Source: Azolla caroliniana
Lineage: Eukaryota > Plantae > Polypodiophyta
DNA: 64,000 bases
Assembly: GCA_043228905.1 (NCBI GenBank)
Contig: JBHGNT010000001.1
Location: forward strand, 4,216,001-4,280,000
Direction of reading: 5' to 3'
The position numbers and the translations under genes are program-made. Of the stretch, positions 26,551 through 43,776 are shown piece by piece; positions within the stretch are counted from its first letter, which is position 1, and each line of letters begins with the position of its first letter. The notes below the pieces were generated by a model. That model had not been told where the DNA came from. It saw only the letters and a list, made by a program, of their open reading frames with translations, and ran no database searches.

Positions 26551-29500
26551 ATGGCAGAACGTGGAAGAATTAGGGCTTCAGGTACAGGTAGTAAAGCTCT
26601 GCAGATAGCGAGGAGCCAGGCTGCTCGCCTTCTGCACAGAATTCTCCAAGAGGATCGCACTCGACATGCCTCGGCCACCATCAAATCATTGGTCTACCAG
26701 CCTTCAATCCAGAATAAGAAAGCTACAATGGCCCTTCTTTGCCAAACCCTAAAGTGTGAGTCTTCTTCTTCGTCTTAAAAAAAACATCATTTCGCTCTCT
26801 TTTTTGCTTGTTTATTTATGTGCATGTGTTATGTTTTACTTTTTTTGATTATTTGTTTTTTTTATCGTTCATTTTGTAAGTTACTCTTTAGAAGGTAAAT
26901 ATTAGTGGGTTTTGAGCAATTATTTTATTTTAATTTTTAACATTCCAACATTTTAGAATCAATTTTGTAAACTGTTGTTGAGAGTGCAAGCAATATTTGC
27001 TCTTTTAATTTTGACCATTTTTACTTATAATTATATTTTTGTTACTCTTTAAAACTTATAATTTCTAAAATAGTTTATCTTCCATTTTTGGATGCTCCTT
27101 TTCTTCAGAAGGGTCAGTAATGTTAAGCCAATTCTGTTTTATCTATTTATTCTGATCTTTCATTTTGCAAGTTCTTGTTTAGAAGATAAATATTGGGTAA
27201 TATTTGTATTTTTCTGTCTGTCTCTGTCTCTGTCTCCCTTTCCCTCGATATATTTACTATCGAGTTTTACTGGAAACAATAATGGCCCTGTTTGTGTAGA
27301 TCTTCCAATCATTAAGGAGGTCTTGGAGGCTAGTGATCTTCTCAAGAATAAAGGAAAGGTAGGATTTACTTGTTATTTCAGTGTTCATTGACTTCAATTT
27401 ATTAAACATATGAAATAAGGTTGATTTAATGGGGTTTGATACTTTATATTCTTAAGAATTCAAAACAATCACCATCTATAGAAGATCAAAATGTATGGAC
27501 TTATCCATACTATGTCTTATGTAATGATGATTTTTACTTCACCAGGTACATGATGAGCTTATATATGTGATGACATTCGAGTTGCTGTTTGGCAAGGTTT
27601 GCAATATCTTTTTGAATCCCTCAATCTATTTTGCAATGGGGACTGAAGGATCTAATGTGGTGGTTCACTCATATAACTATGCTTACTAGGAACAATTGAC
27701 TTCTGGAGGAATGGAAGATCTTGTACTTTCACGGAAGACGTCATTACGAGCTGCTTTAGCTAGAATCCTCATGAAAAAAAATGTACAACGTGTAGAGGAT
27801 TTACTTCCTGCTATGGGAATTGACGGTGGTATGTTTTCAGGCTGTATATCTTAATTTGAGTGAGTATTGTTCATTAGCTTTCACGGTTTCTGGCAATTCT
27901 AGTCCACCTTTTGTATACAGGTCTTGCGAAATTCAAGTATGTTCGTGTGAACACTCTTAAAATTGAGGTAGAAGAGGCTTTGGAAGTTTTGGGAAGGTCA
28001 TTCAAAGTGAGATCTCCCTCATTCTCTCTCAATGTTTGTGTGTGTGTGTGTTTGATAATTTTTAAAGAAATAATATTGATGAATGATATTGTGACTTATA
28101 GTTTCCTCATGCCAACTGTTATTGGAAAAATATCACGTTTGTTTATGTTGTTTTGGTCTTCTTAGACAATGTATGCTCAGGTTGAAGTGTGGAAATGGAA
28201 ATGTAGGGTATGTTTCATGTAGGAGCTTAGATGTTATGTCTATGAATTCTTTTGATTATCTTGTGCTTCAATATTCTTCTCATCTGCTTTATTCTGTTTC
28301 TGTCACTGACTAGGTAGAACAAGATGATATTGTACCTGGATTGCTTACTCTACCTGGAGGAGCAGATTTGCATAGTCATCCTCTTGTTTTAAATGGATCT
28401 CTCATACTACAGGTTTACAATCTAAAGTTTCTTTTTGTCAATAGTCATCTAGTAAAGTTGCTGAATATGTGATTGAATATATATTGCAGGGAAAAGCAAG
28501 CTGCATACCTGCTTTAGCTCTTGCACCTGAAGAAGATTGGGTGGTAATTGATCATGACTAACCCTTCTTTCATGAAGAATATGTATAAATTCAGATATAA
28601 TATACTCATGGAAACTCAGCAAGTAGTCCTTTTAGAGGATGGATTAAGTGAATTCAGCATTGCTGCTATCTTGTTATGATAGTCCGATTACATGCTCTAA
28701 TGTACATCAAAGAGATTTTCAGAAATGTCAAAATATGGGTGATGGTTGTAGCAAGGATGAGAATCACAAATGACTGAATGAAGAAGCTTTTAAGGTTTTG
28801 AGTGCAGCTCCTTTCTTACGTATGATTGTTATCTGAATTCCCTATTATATTTCAGGTGTTGGATGCATGTTCGGCTCCTGGGAATAAGACTGTCCAATTG
28901 GCTGCATTAATGAATGGAAAAGGAACTGTTCTTGCCTGTGAAATTAATGAAAAAAGGATAAAGAGACTTCGTGAGACTGTCAAGATTTCTGGTGCTTCTA
29001 GTATCCATGGAAATGAAAATTGCCAGTAATTTTTCTGAATCATTTATCATGCAAGTATCCTTAAAAATTCTGTAAAGACGTTGAAGTTTGGCACCAAGAC
29101 TTTTTGAAGCTTGACCTTAGCAACTCACCTGTATCCCAGGTAAGCTCTCAAATTCTTTAATGTCAGTAGGACGTGTTATTTTTGTTCTTTTATGACATTA
29201 TTTCAAAATTATTTTAGTTCTATTCATTTTTTATTTTTATTATCTTATTTGCTGCCTGGGAACACACATGGGATCCAACAGTAACTGGACCGGTCACATT
29301 CTAATCATAGGGCCGACTGGCATTCACGCCCTCAGATGTTTCACATTGGCTAGCAATGTTGTCTTGGCCGATTTCAAGAGTTACAGAGGAGCAAGTAAAA
29401 AGAAACAATTAAAAAACGTTATTAAATAATGTCATGAATGAAGAAAAATAACACCTCTTGGTGACGATGCCCAACAAAAAACCATTGCACATCTTCCTTA

Positions 29501-31014
29501 TTTCTTCACACTTTCTTATATGGATAGGTGAAGGCTATTCTTTTGGATCCCTCTTGCTCAGGCTCAGGAACTACTCACCGGCGCATGGATCATCTACTTC
29601 CATCCTTCACAGATGAAAGTAGATATTAATTGTACCTTTTTCCTCCCCTTTCTCTTGAGAAAATTCTTTGGTTTAATATGGGAACCTTTTTTGTAGAAAA
29701 AGACACGGAGTCTCTAGATTCACATAGGCTGGAGAAATTGGCACACTTCCAAGAGAAAGCCTTGCGGTTTGCTTTATCATGTACTGTTTTATATGCTGTA
29801 CTAACATAAGTTGCATTTATTTCTTCACATTTGCTTTTGTAAAACCAAATCAATGAAAGATATTCTTTTTGCTTTCTATATTTGAGTTTCTTCAAAATAT
29901 TGAGAAGGCTTATTGACCATGGTATTGAAAGATCCAATGATATCTATGACTTGTGGCTAAATGTAATGTCTGTTCAGAGTATGAAATGCCAAAGGTCTGA
30001 AAACGTAATAGTAGGACTACCTCAAGGCTAGCATGTCAGTTTAAAGCTAAGGTTGATGTCCTTAAATTGGTGATCATGACCAGGGACATATGATGTCCTT
30101 AAATTGGTAACAATGACCAGGGAGATATGATTTGTATAATCAAGCTGGTAAAATATATTTGGTTGAAACAAATTGTCAGACTCAGTTTGTCTATGAATCC
30201 TCGTTCTATATATTTACCTAATGTTTCCTACAGAGGCTCATCAGTTGCAAATGCATAAATTACCTACATAAAGCATTGAAAACCATTGTCAAAGTGTTTT
30301 ATGTGGAGCTACTAAAAAAGAATCTGTAATCACGTACACGTTGCTGTCTTAGTAAATTGTCACCCTGTGGTAAGCTTCATTAGAAATCAATGTAGGTAAG
30401 TTTCACTATGGCACATGTATGTTTTGGAAATTTTGTGGCAAAATTTACTTAGGATATTTTCACCAATTTTATTTGTTATAAAATTTGCTCCAAGAAGCTA
30501 GTGGAAGCTCATTCCTCAAGCATGCCTGATATAAATGGGGTTCTCACTGTATATGTATAATGGCCTACAGTTACTTCTGTTGATCGTATTGTCTATAGTA
30601 CTTGCTCAGTCCATCAACGAGAGAATGAAGATGTTGTAAAGGCTGTTCTTGAACTAGCAGCAGAGAATGGCTTTCAATTAGGTTGCCCTATTCCAAAGTG
30701 GCCTTATAGGGGCTTTCCAGTTTTTGAAGGAGGTACATGTACAATCGTTTTTAGTGTTTTTCTCTTGTTTTTGTTACACAGCTATTTATTGCTTATTTGA
30801 AGTAAATATTCTATGCACAGCTGAAAACTTGATACGTGTCAAGCCCTCCGAGGATATGGATGGGTTTTTTGTAGCCCTATTTGAACGAAGAGAGAATATC
30901 CTTGCGACAGACATGTTGCTAGCTGTACCTAACAAGAGTGATCTTGATACTTCTACCAGAAAAAGTACCAAAAAGCGCAGGCGGAAGCATAAGGACAAAA
31001 AGATATCCGTCTAG
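26551..31014 (+). CDS. NSUN5: 25S rRNA (cytosine-C5)-methyltransferase, NSUN5/Rcm1 type; 13 exons ~26551-26755, 27300-27358, 27546-27596, 27690-27828, 27921-28006, 28314-28412, 28490-28543, 28856-29000, 29078-29139, 29528-29618, 29697-29780, 30571-30732, 30821-31014
   Basis: Spliced frame contains ASIK-like SATIKSLVY, YVRVNTLK, HPLVLNGSLILQGKASC, VLDACSAPGNKT (SAM motif I), ILLDPSCSGSG (motif IV), IVYSTCSVHQRENEDVV (motif VI), DMDGFFVALFER and a basic NLS-like tail. Confidence 0.93.
30055..30131. repeat. 37-bp tandem duplication in NSUN5 intron
   Basis: GATGTCCTTAAATTGGT(G/A)A(T/C)(C/A)ATGACCAGGGA(C/G)ATAT x2. Confidence 0.85.
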
Positions 31015-34000
31015 GCAGATTTTGCAACTGGTGGTTTTTATATGACTGGTGAGATTTAGCAAGATCACAAGTCAGCAAATTCTTTGGTTGCTGAATATAC
31101 ATTAGTCTGCCAGACTTATCTCATGTCATTTTGGCTATCATGTTGTTTTTATGGTCTTTTGTCTATTATATTTCTCTTGAGCATGTTTTTTTTTTATCAT
31201 TGATAGATCTCTCTCCATGCAATTTCAAACCTTGTCTGAAGATATTGACATAAATTACTAGTTTTCTATCTGTTTTCCAGTCTTTGCACGAAAGGCCTAA
31301 AAAGGGAGCAAAATGGCGTATTTGGAAAAAAATATCTGCAGTGGAAGCTATTTGATCAACGATCTGAGGAGATATTGGTGTTTCATTTGTATATCCGATA
31401 AATCTTCGCATACTTGTGGGAAGAATCCAATTCTTTTTATTTTCTTATGTCACCTTGGCATTTCTTTAGTGTCAAGTATATTTGTACAAGAGTGAAGATG
31501 GAAGACTATAAGAACATTGATATGGTTTCTATTTTTCCCTTAAGAAGAGACACTTGCCATACACAGCATCTGAGGTGTGGGAGTTAAACCCCCATGTATT
31601 CAAAGCTGTTTTTTCATCGGAATTAAACATTGAAACTACACATGTTCAAAGATCTTGATTTTATATGGCATGCTCTGTTAGGGTATGCTTGCCCATGAGT
31701 ATATGCATTTCAAATTGAGATGTGGATTTTTGTTTATTACCATTATTGCAACTTCTATATACTCATTGAACAAATTGATTTGTATTCATTAATTCATCAA
31801 TGTTGTACTTGGACATTAGATTTTTGGTCTCTTCTAGTTATTATTGTAGCCTTAGTGTGCTTTTTATGCTGATAATTTTATGTAAGATTTCTATATCACG
31901 ATGAAGGACATGGTGATCGAGGGCAAAGACGTAGGCGGGATGTGGGCCACACGGGTATGTGTGTATTGTCGTGCAATGCATTTCTAGCAGCATTTTTTAG
32001 GATGGATATCAATACCATCATATGCAATGTGTACAAAATTGGTATATTCAGTGTGTCTGTGCCAATAACTGTGGGCTGTGACATCTCCTTATCATAGTAG
32101 TATTGTGGGTAATTAAGGATATGATCTATGTTCCATTTCTTTTACTCCTTATAATGTGGGGTGTAGATTCTTGATATTTAAAACCAAGGGAAGCAAGATC
32201 TTTCATTATTTTGTCTCCCCCAAAGTCATTGACATTCATGATTTATTTGGTTGTACGGATTTATGAACATAATGCTTGATGCAAATTTATCTTATGCCAA
32301 ACATAATTAGAATCTTGTAATATCTCAATAACTTACATATTTTTGCTCCAACTTTAAGTTATTGAGATATTTTTCTAGTTGGATTCATTGTTCAACAATT
32401 TGTGATGGTCCAATATTATTTTCTTTTCTATTATGCTTTTAACACAAATTTGCACTTTTCTTCTTGATCAAAGAATGGTAAAGGGATTTGCTAGAATGTC
32501 TCGCATTTGACTTCCTTGTATATTGCTAGTTATACCACTTTATGTGCACATGCTTTCCATGCTTGTAATACAATATATGTTCATATTGTTTAGTCCAATG
32601 AAGGTGTTGACTTTCATAATGGATTGGATACTGGATCAACATTCATTTGACCTTATCTTTTAAGATTTTATCTCTTTGGCTAATTTATTTTGGAAAGAGA
32701 AAAGAGCTTCAATGACCTCTATTCTGATTTGTTTCTATTGCTTTCAATAAAACTTGGTATACAAAGTGGTATCTCATAATTTTGAAAAGGGTATTTGGTA
32801 AATATATAAGATATTAGGGGCATTTTAGTGTATTTGTATCTAGACATATACCATTACAATGATGCTAGCAAGAAGCCTCGTTACATATAAAAATTTATAG
32901 TATATTGAAAATGCCACTAAAAAATGTTCTCTACAAACTATGCACCTTGCATCATGTCCATCATCATTGAATTTGAATTATGCAAGTACCCTTTTTGGTT
33001 GACAATATGATACCATAGCATAATCATGAGTATAATTTGGTCATATATTGGCCCCACTCATTGCTCTTGTTAAGGGGAGAACAAGCTAATATGTGGTATA
33101 TGATACCACGATTCTTTATGATAATTCAAAGCATCCCATTAGAGATAATGTATTATTGCTGTCATTTGATTGTCAAAGATTGTGTATACCTAAAAGAAGA
33201 TTCACATAGTGTATTATTGGTTGCATAATATATGAGCCAATGACATGATTAATGAGCCTTAAGAAAGTGGATTGTTAATTATAATTGGGAATTCCTCAAG
33301 TTGAATAATCCACAATTGGAAATGTCGATAGGGCTTGGATGCTAAATATGAAAATGACTAATCCATGATTGTATGGTGGAATGTCATCACAGAAAGGGAG
33401 AAGGTCGTAAAGGTGGCCTCCTTCTATAATAGATAAGAAGAGGTAATGAACATTTCATTGGAAAATATCGAATGACTCAACTCTGGGTCCTAATGAAATT
33501 ATATAGAGTCCAGAATTAGTTGAGTTCTCACAAAAAATATTGTTTCACGTTGGGGAAATGTTTTGTTTTACTAACCCATGCTTGTAAAGTATCAGGTTAT
33601 AGTATTATATGAAGTAGCAAGCTTATGTCCATTCTCTTTTGTCCTTTGATAGGTTACGAGTAAGACAACAAAGCTTGCCAGCATCCCCATTCCCATTTTG
33701 CATATAGAAATAAATGAGAAGGTCCAATCACATAGACACAATGGTATCGAGCACCAACCGCTCCAATGTGGAGCATAAACGCCAACACACTCAAACCAAG
33801 TACCAAATCTAACAACATGGCTACACATGTTTGAGTGTCTTGATTAGCTTTTGGGGCTTAACTTTATCTTGTTGCTTTTTTTTGGACATTTGACATAGAG
33901 TATATTACAAGTTGGAATTAACCATACACATAATTGCATGCTCTAATACGCTATATGCCATGGGGCACATGACACACCTAATACCTATTACTAGTAATCG

Positions 34001-34399
34001 ATAATTATATACATGTTATGCTAAAGTACATTAAATGTAAAGAATCAAATATAGTGATGTGTGTGTTATGCCACGACACGAATCAGATGGCCACTAATGA
34101 TCGGAAACAGATTCATTTCAATGGAAGGTTATCAATATCATTTCTATAGGTCCATCTATCCAATTATTGATTTTGAGGGGGGAAGGGAGGGTATTCTATT
34201 GATTACAATCCAAATCTCTCAAATATAACCGAAATTGTAAAAGAAAAGACTAAAAATATGTCTGAGTAAAAAACGAAAAGAAGAGAAAAAAGTTTAAACA
34301 TAATTAAAAAGAAGAAGAATATGAAGTATATAAATAAAATAAATAATTAAACAATAAATAAATATGTCGTCCCTCGAGTTTCTCTGAAGGTTAGATTCT

Positions 34400-35250
34400 C
34401 TTTCGGTCCTCTATAATTTCCTTCAATCTTTATTTTTTATGCTAATTGAGGAATTTTATCCGGGTACCTGCTTCATCAAATGTGGCCTTTTATTATTAAC
34501 TTGTCTTGTTTTTGTTTCCCGTGGTCAATCATTCTCTGGCTGAACAATGCATAGTATCTGAATGTTTGTTTGATCTTCTCAAAATTGTCTCATTTTCGTT
34601 TTGCTGCTGATTCATTTTGATGGTGAGTGATACATTGAAATTCGATGTGATCTTCTATAATTTCCCTCCCTTTTTCTGTTTCTCAAATTTTCTCATTCCT
34701 TTTTGGCAGCTCATTCATTTTAATGGTGAGGAAACATTGTAATTCGATGTGATCCTCTATAATTTCCCTCCCTTTTTCTGGCGGTCGATTTAGTTTGATA
34801 TTAGATGATAAAACCTTACCTGAGTATTTGTCTGATCTTCTTTTACTCTATACACAAAATTTTCTTTTTTTGATGCCAAATGATTTGTCGTAGATAAATA
34901 TTTATCTAGTTGATGCAGTCTCCTATCATTTCCTTCCTTCTTTGTCCGACGATAATTCATTTGAAACATTCTGATCTAATGCGTTCGTCAATTATTTCCT
35001 TAACTCCTTTTTGAACTTTCAATTAATTTTGATGCAAAAGCATAGATTTGGGTGAGTATTTATCTCATCCGATGCGATCTTCCATGGTTCCCTTCAAAAC
35101 GTTTTTCTTTTTGATGCGAAATGATGCATTGCCTCTGAACTTCTATCTGTGGTGATGTTCGATTCTACCATTTCCATCCCTGTTTTTTGCTGTTCACCCA
35201 CTTTACGCATTCTGATCCAATGTGATCTTCCATCATTTCCATTCTTTTTT
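34400..35250. repeat. Degenerate minisatellite in the presumed 5'-UTR intron of the kinase gene
   Basis: About 7 copies of a GATGYGATCTTCYATMATTTCCYTC-like core (~34404, 34644, 34745, 34912, 35071, 35154, 35219), including a ~102-bp tandem pair at 34575-34780. Confidence 0.7.
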
Positions 35251-36491
35251 TTCTTTACCTTTATTTTGGTAAATGATGAATTTAGCTGAATGTCAGAGGC
35301 TTCTGTTTGTAATTAGTAGCTAATTATCCTTGTAGTCCTTTGGTGACGAATATCACACCAACCCAAAGTCTTCTTATGGGTATGGTAACCGGTTCGCACA
35401 TCTGAAAGTCGTTCCCAAGAATGAGGAAAAGTTCCTTGAAAATCTTCTTGAAAAAGTTACCTTTTCACAGTCATGGTTTATACATCTTAAATTCAATCTT
35501 GATGCTGAGAAATAATGGAAATAATCTGTAAACTGGGATTCGATGCAACCCCATATTTCTTTAGAGATGAAAAGCCGAACAATATGTACTATTTGCTTGT
35601 ACATAATGGAATGCAGTCAAATGAAACCATGTGAATATGTAGGTATATGAAATCTTTTTAAATACTTAATTAATATCTTTTTGTAATTGGGCCTGATTTG
35701 GGGCCAAATACACTCTCTTCTACATATATATTCTCAGACATGCTCTTTTTAACGATGAAGCAAATTTGGGCTTTACATTCATTTCATGCTTGGGCTTATG
35801 TTTTTTTGTCTGACAAGTTAGGCTCTTAAATCTCTCTGTTCTATGGGAGATTTATACTGACAATGGAACCATCGATATAATAAATTAGAGGAAACCATTT
35901 CAATTTATGTTTCTATATCAGGTGTAGCATGTTTTCCTTGGGTCTTGGGGTGCCATATGATCGATTTGTGTAATTTTAGGGTTACTTTTTTCGCCCTTGT
36001 ATAGCTGTACTTTTCTCACCCTTACGTTGTTTCCCCATAGCAACAAATGACGAGTCTCGTGTAGTAGTTACTCATCACTTATTCATTTTCTGTGCAGTAC
36101 CAAACATAAGGAAGATGCTGAGCTTCTGCGAACAAATAAAAGCATCACATTCCGCTGGCTTGGCACTGCAAGCCCTTGTGTTGATGTTGCTGTTTCATGG
36201 AAAGCCTGAATTGGAAGCGGTTACTGGATGAAGCTATGTTTTGGCAGCGTTTGGCTGCGGGATGATAATAATGATTTCCCTTATAGATTCCAATGTTCGT
36301 TTGGATCAACATTATGGAAATGTCTTTTGTTTTAGTCTCTTTATTAGGATGAAGATCCTTGTGTGTGGCCACATGTCAGAATCAAATTTCAAAAACACTA
36401 ACATCACATACAGATTTCAGAAAAGCTGATGTTTTTTGAAGGATATGCATTTCACTTATATTTGATAATTGGTTTCAGTTTTACAATCATT

Positions 36492-41133
<4,642 letters not shown>

Positions 41134-41929
41134 TTACACCTATCATGTCTGAAGAGGTCAGGAATATGGTATGTCAAAGGTAATAATCCACTTTGAAAGC
41201 GAGGCAAGGTGAATGGATGGTGCACCAAACATATGGGCAATCATTGGAGGTGATTGTGAAGAGAATCGCAATTTTAAATGAAATGCTGAAGCGATAAACA
41301 TTCCATTTCTCTAGTCTCATCTTCATTTGAATTCTGAAGTCGTAGTACGAATTATTTCTGCATGCAAACAATGCAAATTATGCCACCCAACAACTTATTT
41401 TGTTATTTTCATTCTGTCAACAGAAGGGGTCCTCATTAGAAAAGTTTGTGTTCACTCCCATCAGTGTAGCTACGGCGCGACATTCTGTTTTGCTTAATGC
41501 TTGGATGATTTCTCCATGTATACTCCCACCATCTTTGTTAGAAGGCACGGCAAGCATGTAGAGGAGTTCGTATTGAAGTTATGAGTGAAAATCCACGTGT
41601 AGGAAAAAACCATCATTTTCTGTAGTGCTCTATAAACCCAGGCATAAGAAGCGTATGCTATCTTCCTTTGGATGAAAGGGCCCAATATTTTCACATATCC
41701 TTTTTAGATCCATTATTTATTGTGAAAAGGTTAATTAAAGTTTGGGTCTGGAACTATTGTAGTAGTGATTTTGTAAGCAAGTTTTTATTATAGTGCATTT
41801 CAATCAATTATAATTTATAATGTTAAGACTAATACAGCATAAACAAAAGAGTAATCCATTCAAGAACTAGAATCAAAACCATTGTACTACATCAATTGTG
41901 AACACTTAAAGATGAAGGAATGTAGGAAT

Positions 41930-42329
41930 TAACAATTGGCAACAGTTCGGTTTAACGGCTTAATGGTTCGGTTCAGGTTTAGGTTTTTTTAAATGGTTCA
42001 GTTCGGTTTCAACAGTCAAAAACCGCGGTTGAAACGGTTTAATGGTTTTTATTTTATTTTTTTAAAATTCTAGAAAATTTTAAAAATGGATTTTAAACAA
42101 TCTTTTCATTTTTACACCTTATTCTCACATTTTAGGAACATCTTAAAAATTCTAAATAATGAAATATTATAAATTTAAAAAAATTATAAATTTGACCTAT
42201 GTTGAAAACCAAACCACAGAACTACGGTTTTTATGGTTTAATGGTTTAACGGTTCGGTTCAGGTTTCAAAAATTTTAAACGGTTCGGTTTGGACCCTCTC
42301 AAACCGAACCCAACCGTTGCTGATTGTTA
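41930..42329. mobile_element. Non-autonomous hAT-type MITE (400 bp), copy 1
   Basis: TIRs TAACAATTGGCAACAGTT / AACCGTTGCTGATTGTTA; 8-bp TSD GTAGGAAT (41922-41929) vs GTAGAAAT (42330-42337); subterminal GGTTCGGTT repeats. Confidence 0.9.
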
Positions 42330-43776
42330 GTAGAAATTTAGGAGATTGGTGGGAGAGATACATGACATAAGAAGGGAAAAATGAACTACTGATCATAAGG
42401 AGGACAAAGGAGGAAGATCAGTAAGGGAAAGGTGATCATCAATAAGTTAAAAATAACGATCGGAAGCATGACAAAATTGTTTTATTTTGTCAAATTTGAT
42501 AACTTTCTTTGGTCAATCTTTGGATTATGAAGTTCATGACATACCTATAGAACGATTGGATGCTCTAGATTGTTAAATTTTATTTATATTGAATTAAATT
42601 TTACATACAAAATTCCCAGGAACTACAAGGCACACTTAGTTTCTTCTAGTGTGTCCTTTGATGCAATAGGACACTCGTTGGTGATTGCCACAAATGTTGG
42701 ATGATGAAGTTTATTCAAGTAAATACGCTGAGCCAAGGTAAACTCATTATCCATTAAACATGCAATGGCTCCCAAATCTAAAGAGTGGAGAGCTTGACTT
42801 ATGCCAAAAAAACTCTATTGACTTGATTTGATAGAATGGAGTTGGTAACTTCAACCAAAATCAAAGCCATTCGGTTGGACAATCCACATTATGTGAAACT
42901 TGTCCCAAATTGTATAAACACTAATTTACAGGGCAATGCCAAAAAAATCCTTCATTAGGAAATATTGAAATAACAAATACAACCAATAAACTTTACCATA
43001 CTATGTATATCACAATTTTGAAGAAAATTAAAACATAATTGCAATTATTTCATATATGTGGAGATTTACATATATAACTAGGTTTTCAAACATAGTGTGT
43101 TAGGACATCGTTAGTAAAACGAGAAAGGATCCAAAGGAAATTTGATAAACAAAGATTTACATGAGGTAGAATGAATGTCAAGAAGGCAAGAGTGAAGAAC
43201 ACGTATGACATGCTTATGGCTTTATAAGGTTGTGATGGTAATAGCTTTTTGAGAAAGAAAAGTATTTAGGGAAACACGAAGCAGATGGCACCAAGCACCA
43301 CGGGGGTTGAGAGACCCAGGTACAAGGTTGTGCCCATGGCGAGGGTGGACCTTCGGTTCTTTCAATCTTTTATGAGTTTGATGCTATCAGGGCAAAGTGC
43401 AACAGGTAAGGAGATTAACATGAGAGCGTACAAGATGTTTGGAGATTGTGAATATGTTGGTGTCGATATCCCCCCCCCCCCCCCCCCACATGGTGGTGTA
43501 GGGCTAGGAGAAGTGACAATACAATGTAAGATAGAAAGGTATGTGGGGGTGAAGGCAATGGGATTCGATCCCAAGACCCTTTTTAAGTCTTCAAATACAA
43601 TTATACATAGCAAAGCGAGTAAAAGAAGTCTAGTTTTATAATATTTCCTAAAATAGGAAATATGACCCACAAAACAGTCTGTCTGTACATATCATATATG
43701 TATATTGGATAAGAGGGGGATTGTGATCGAGAGAGAAACAGAGAGGCGGAACAGAGCCGAGCCGAGCAGAGCAGCC

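Noticed and set aside
34400-35250. Repeat-spacer array as a CRISPR
   Set aside because: Irregular period, highly degenerate cores, partly homologous spacers and eukaryotic context.
43285-43641. 118-aa ORF upstream of the TPR gene
   Set aside because: No recognisable domain; the poly-Pro comes from a C homopolymer; likely repeat-derived.
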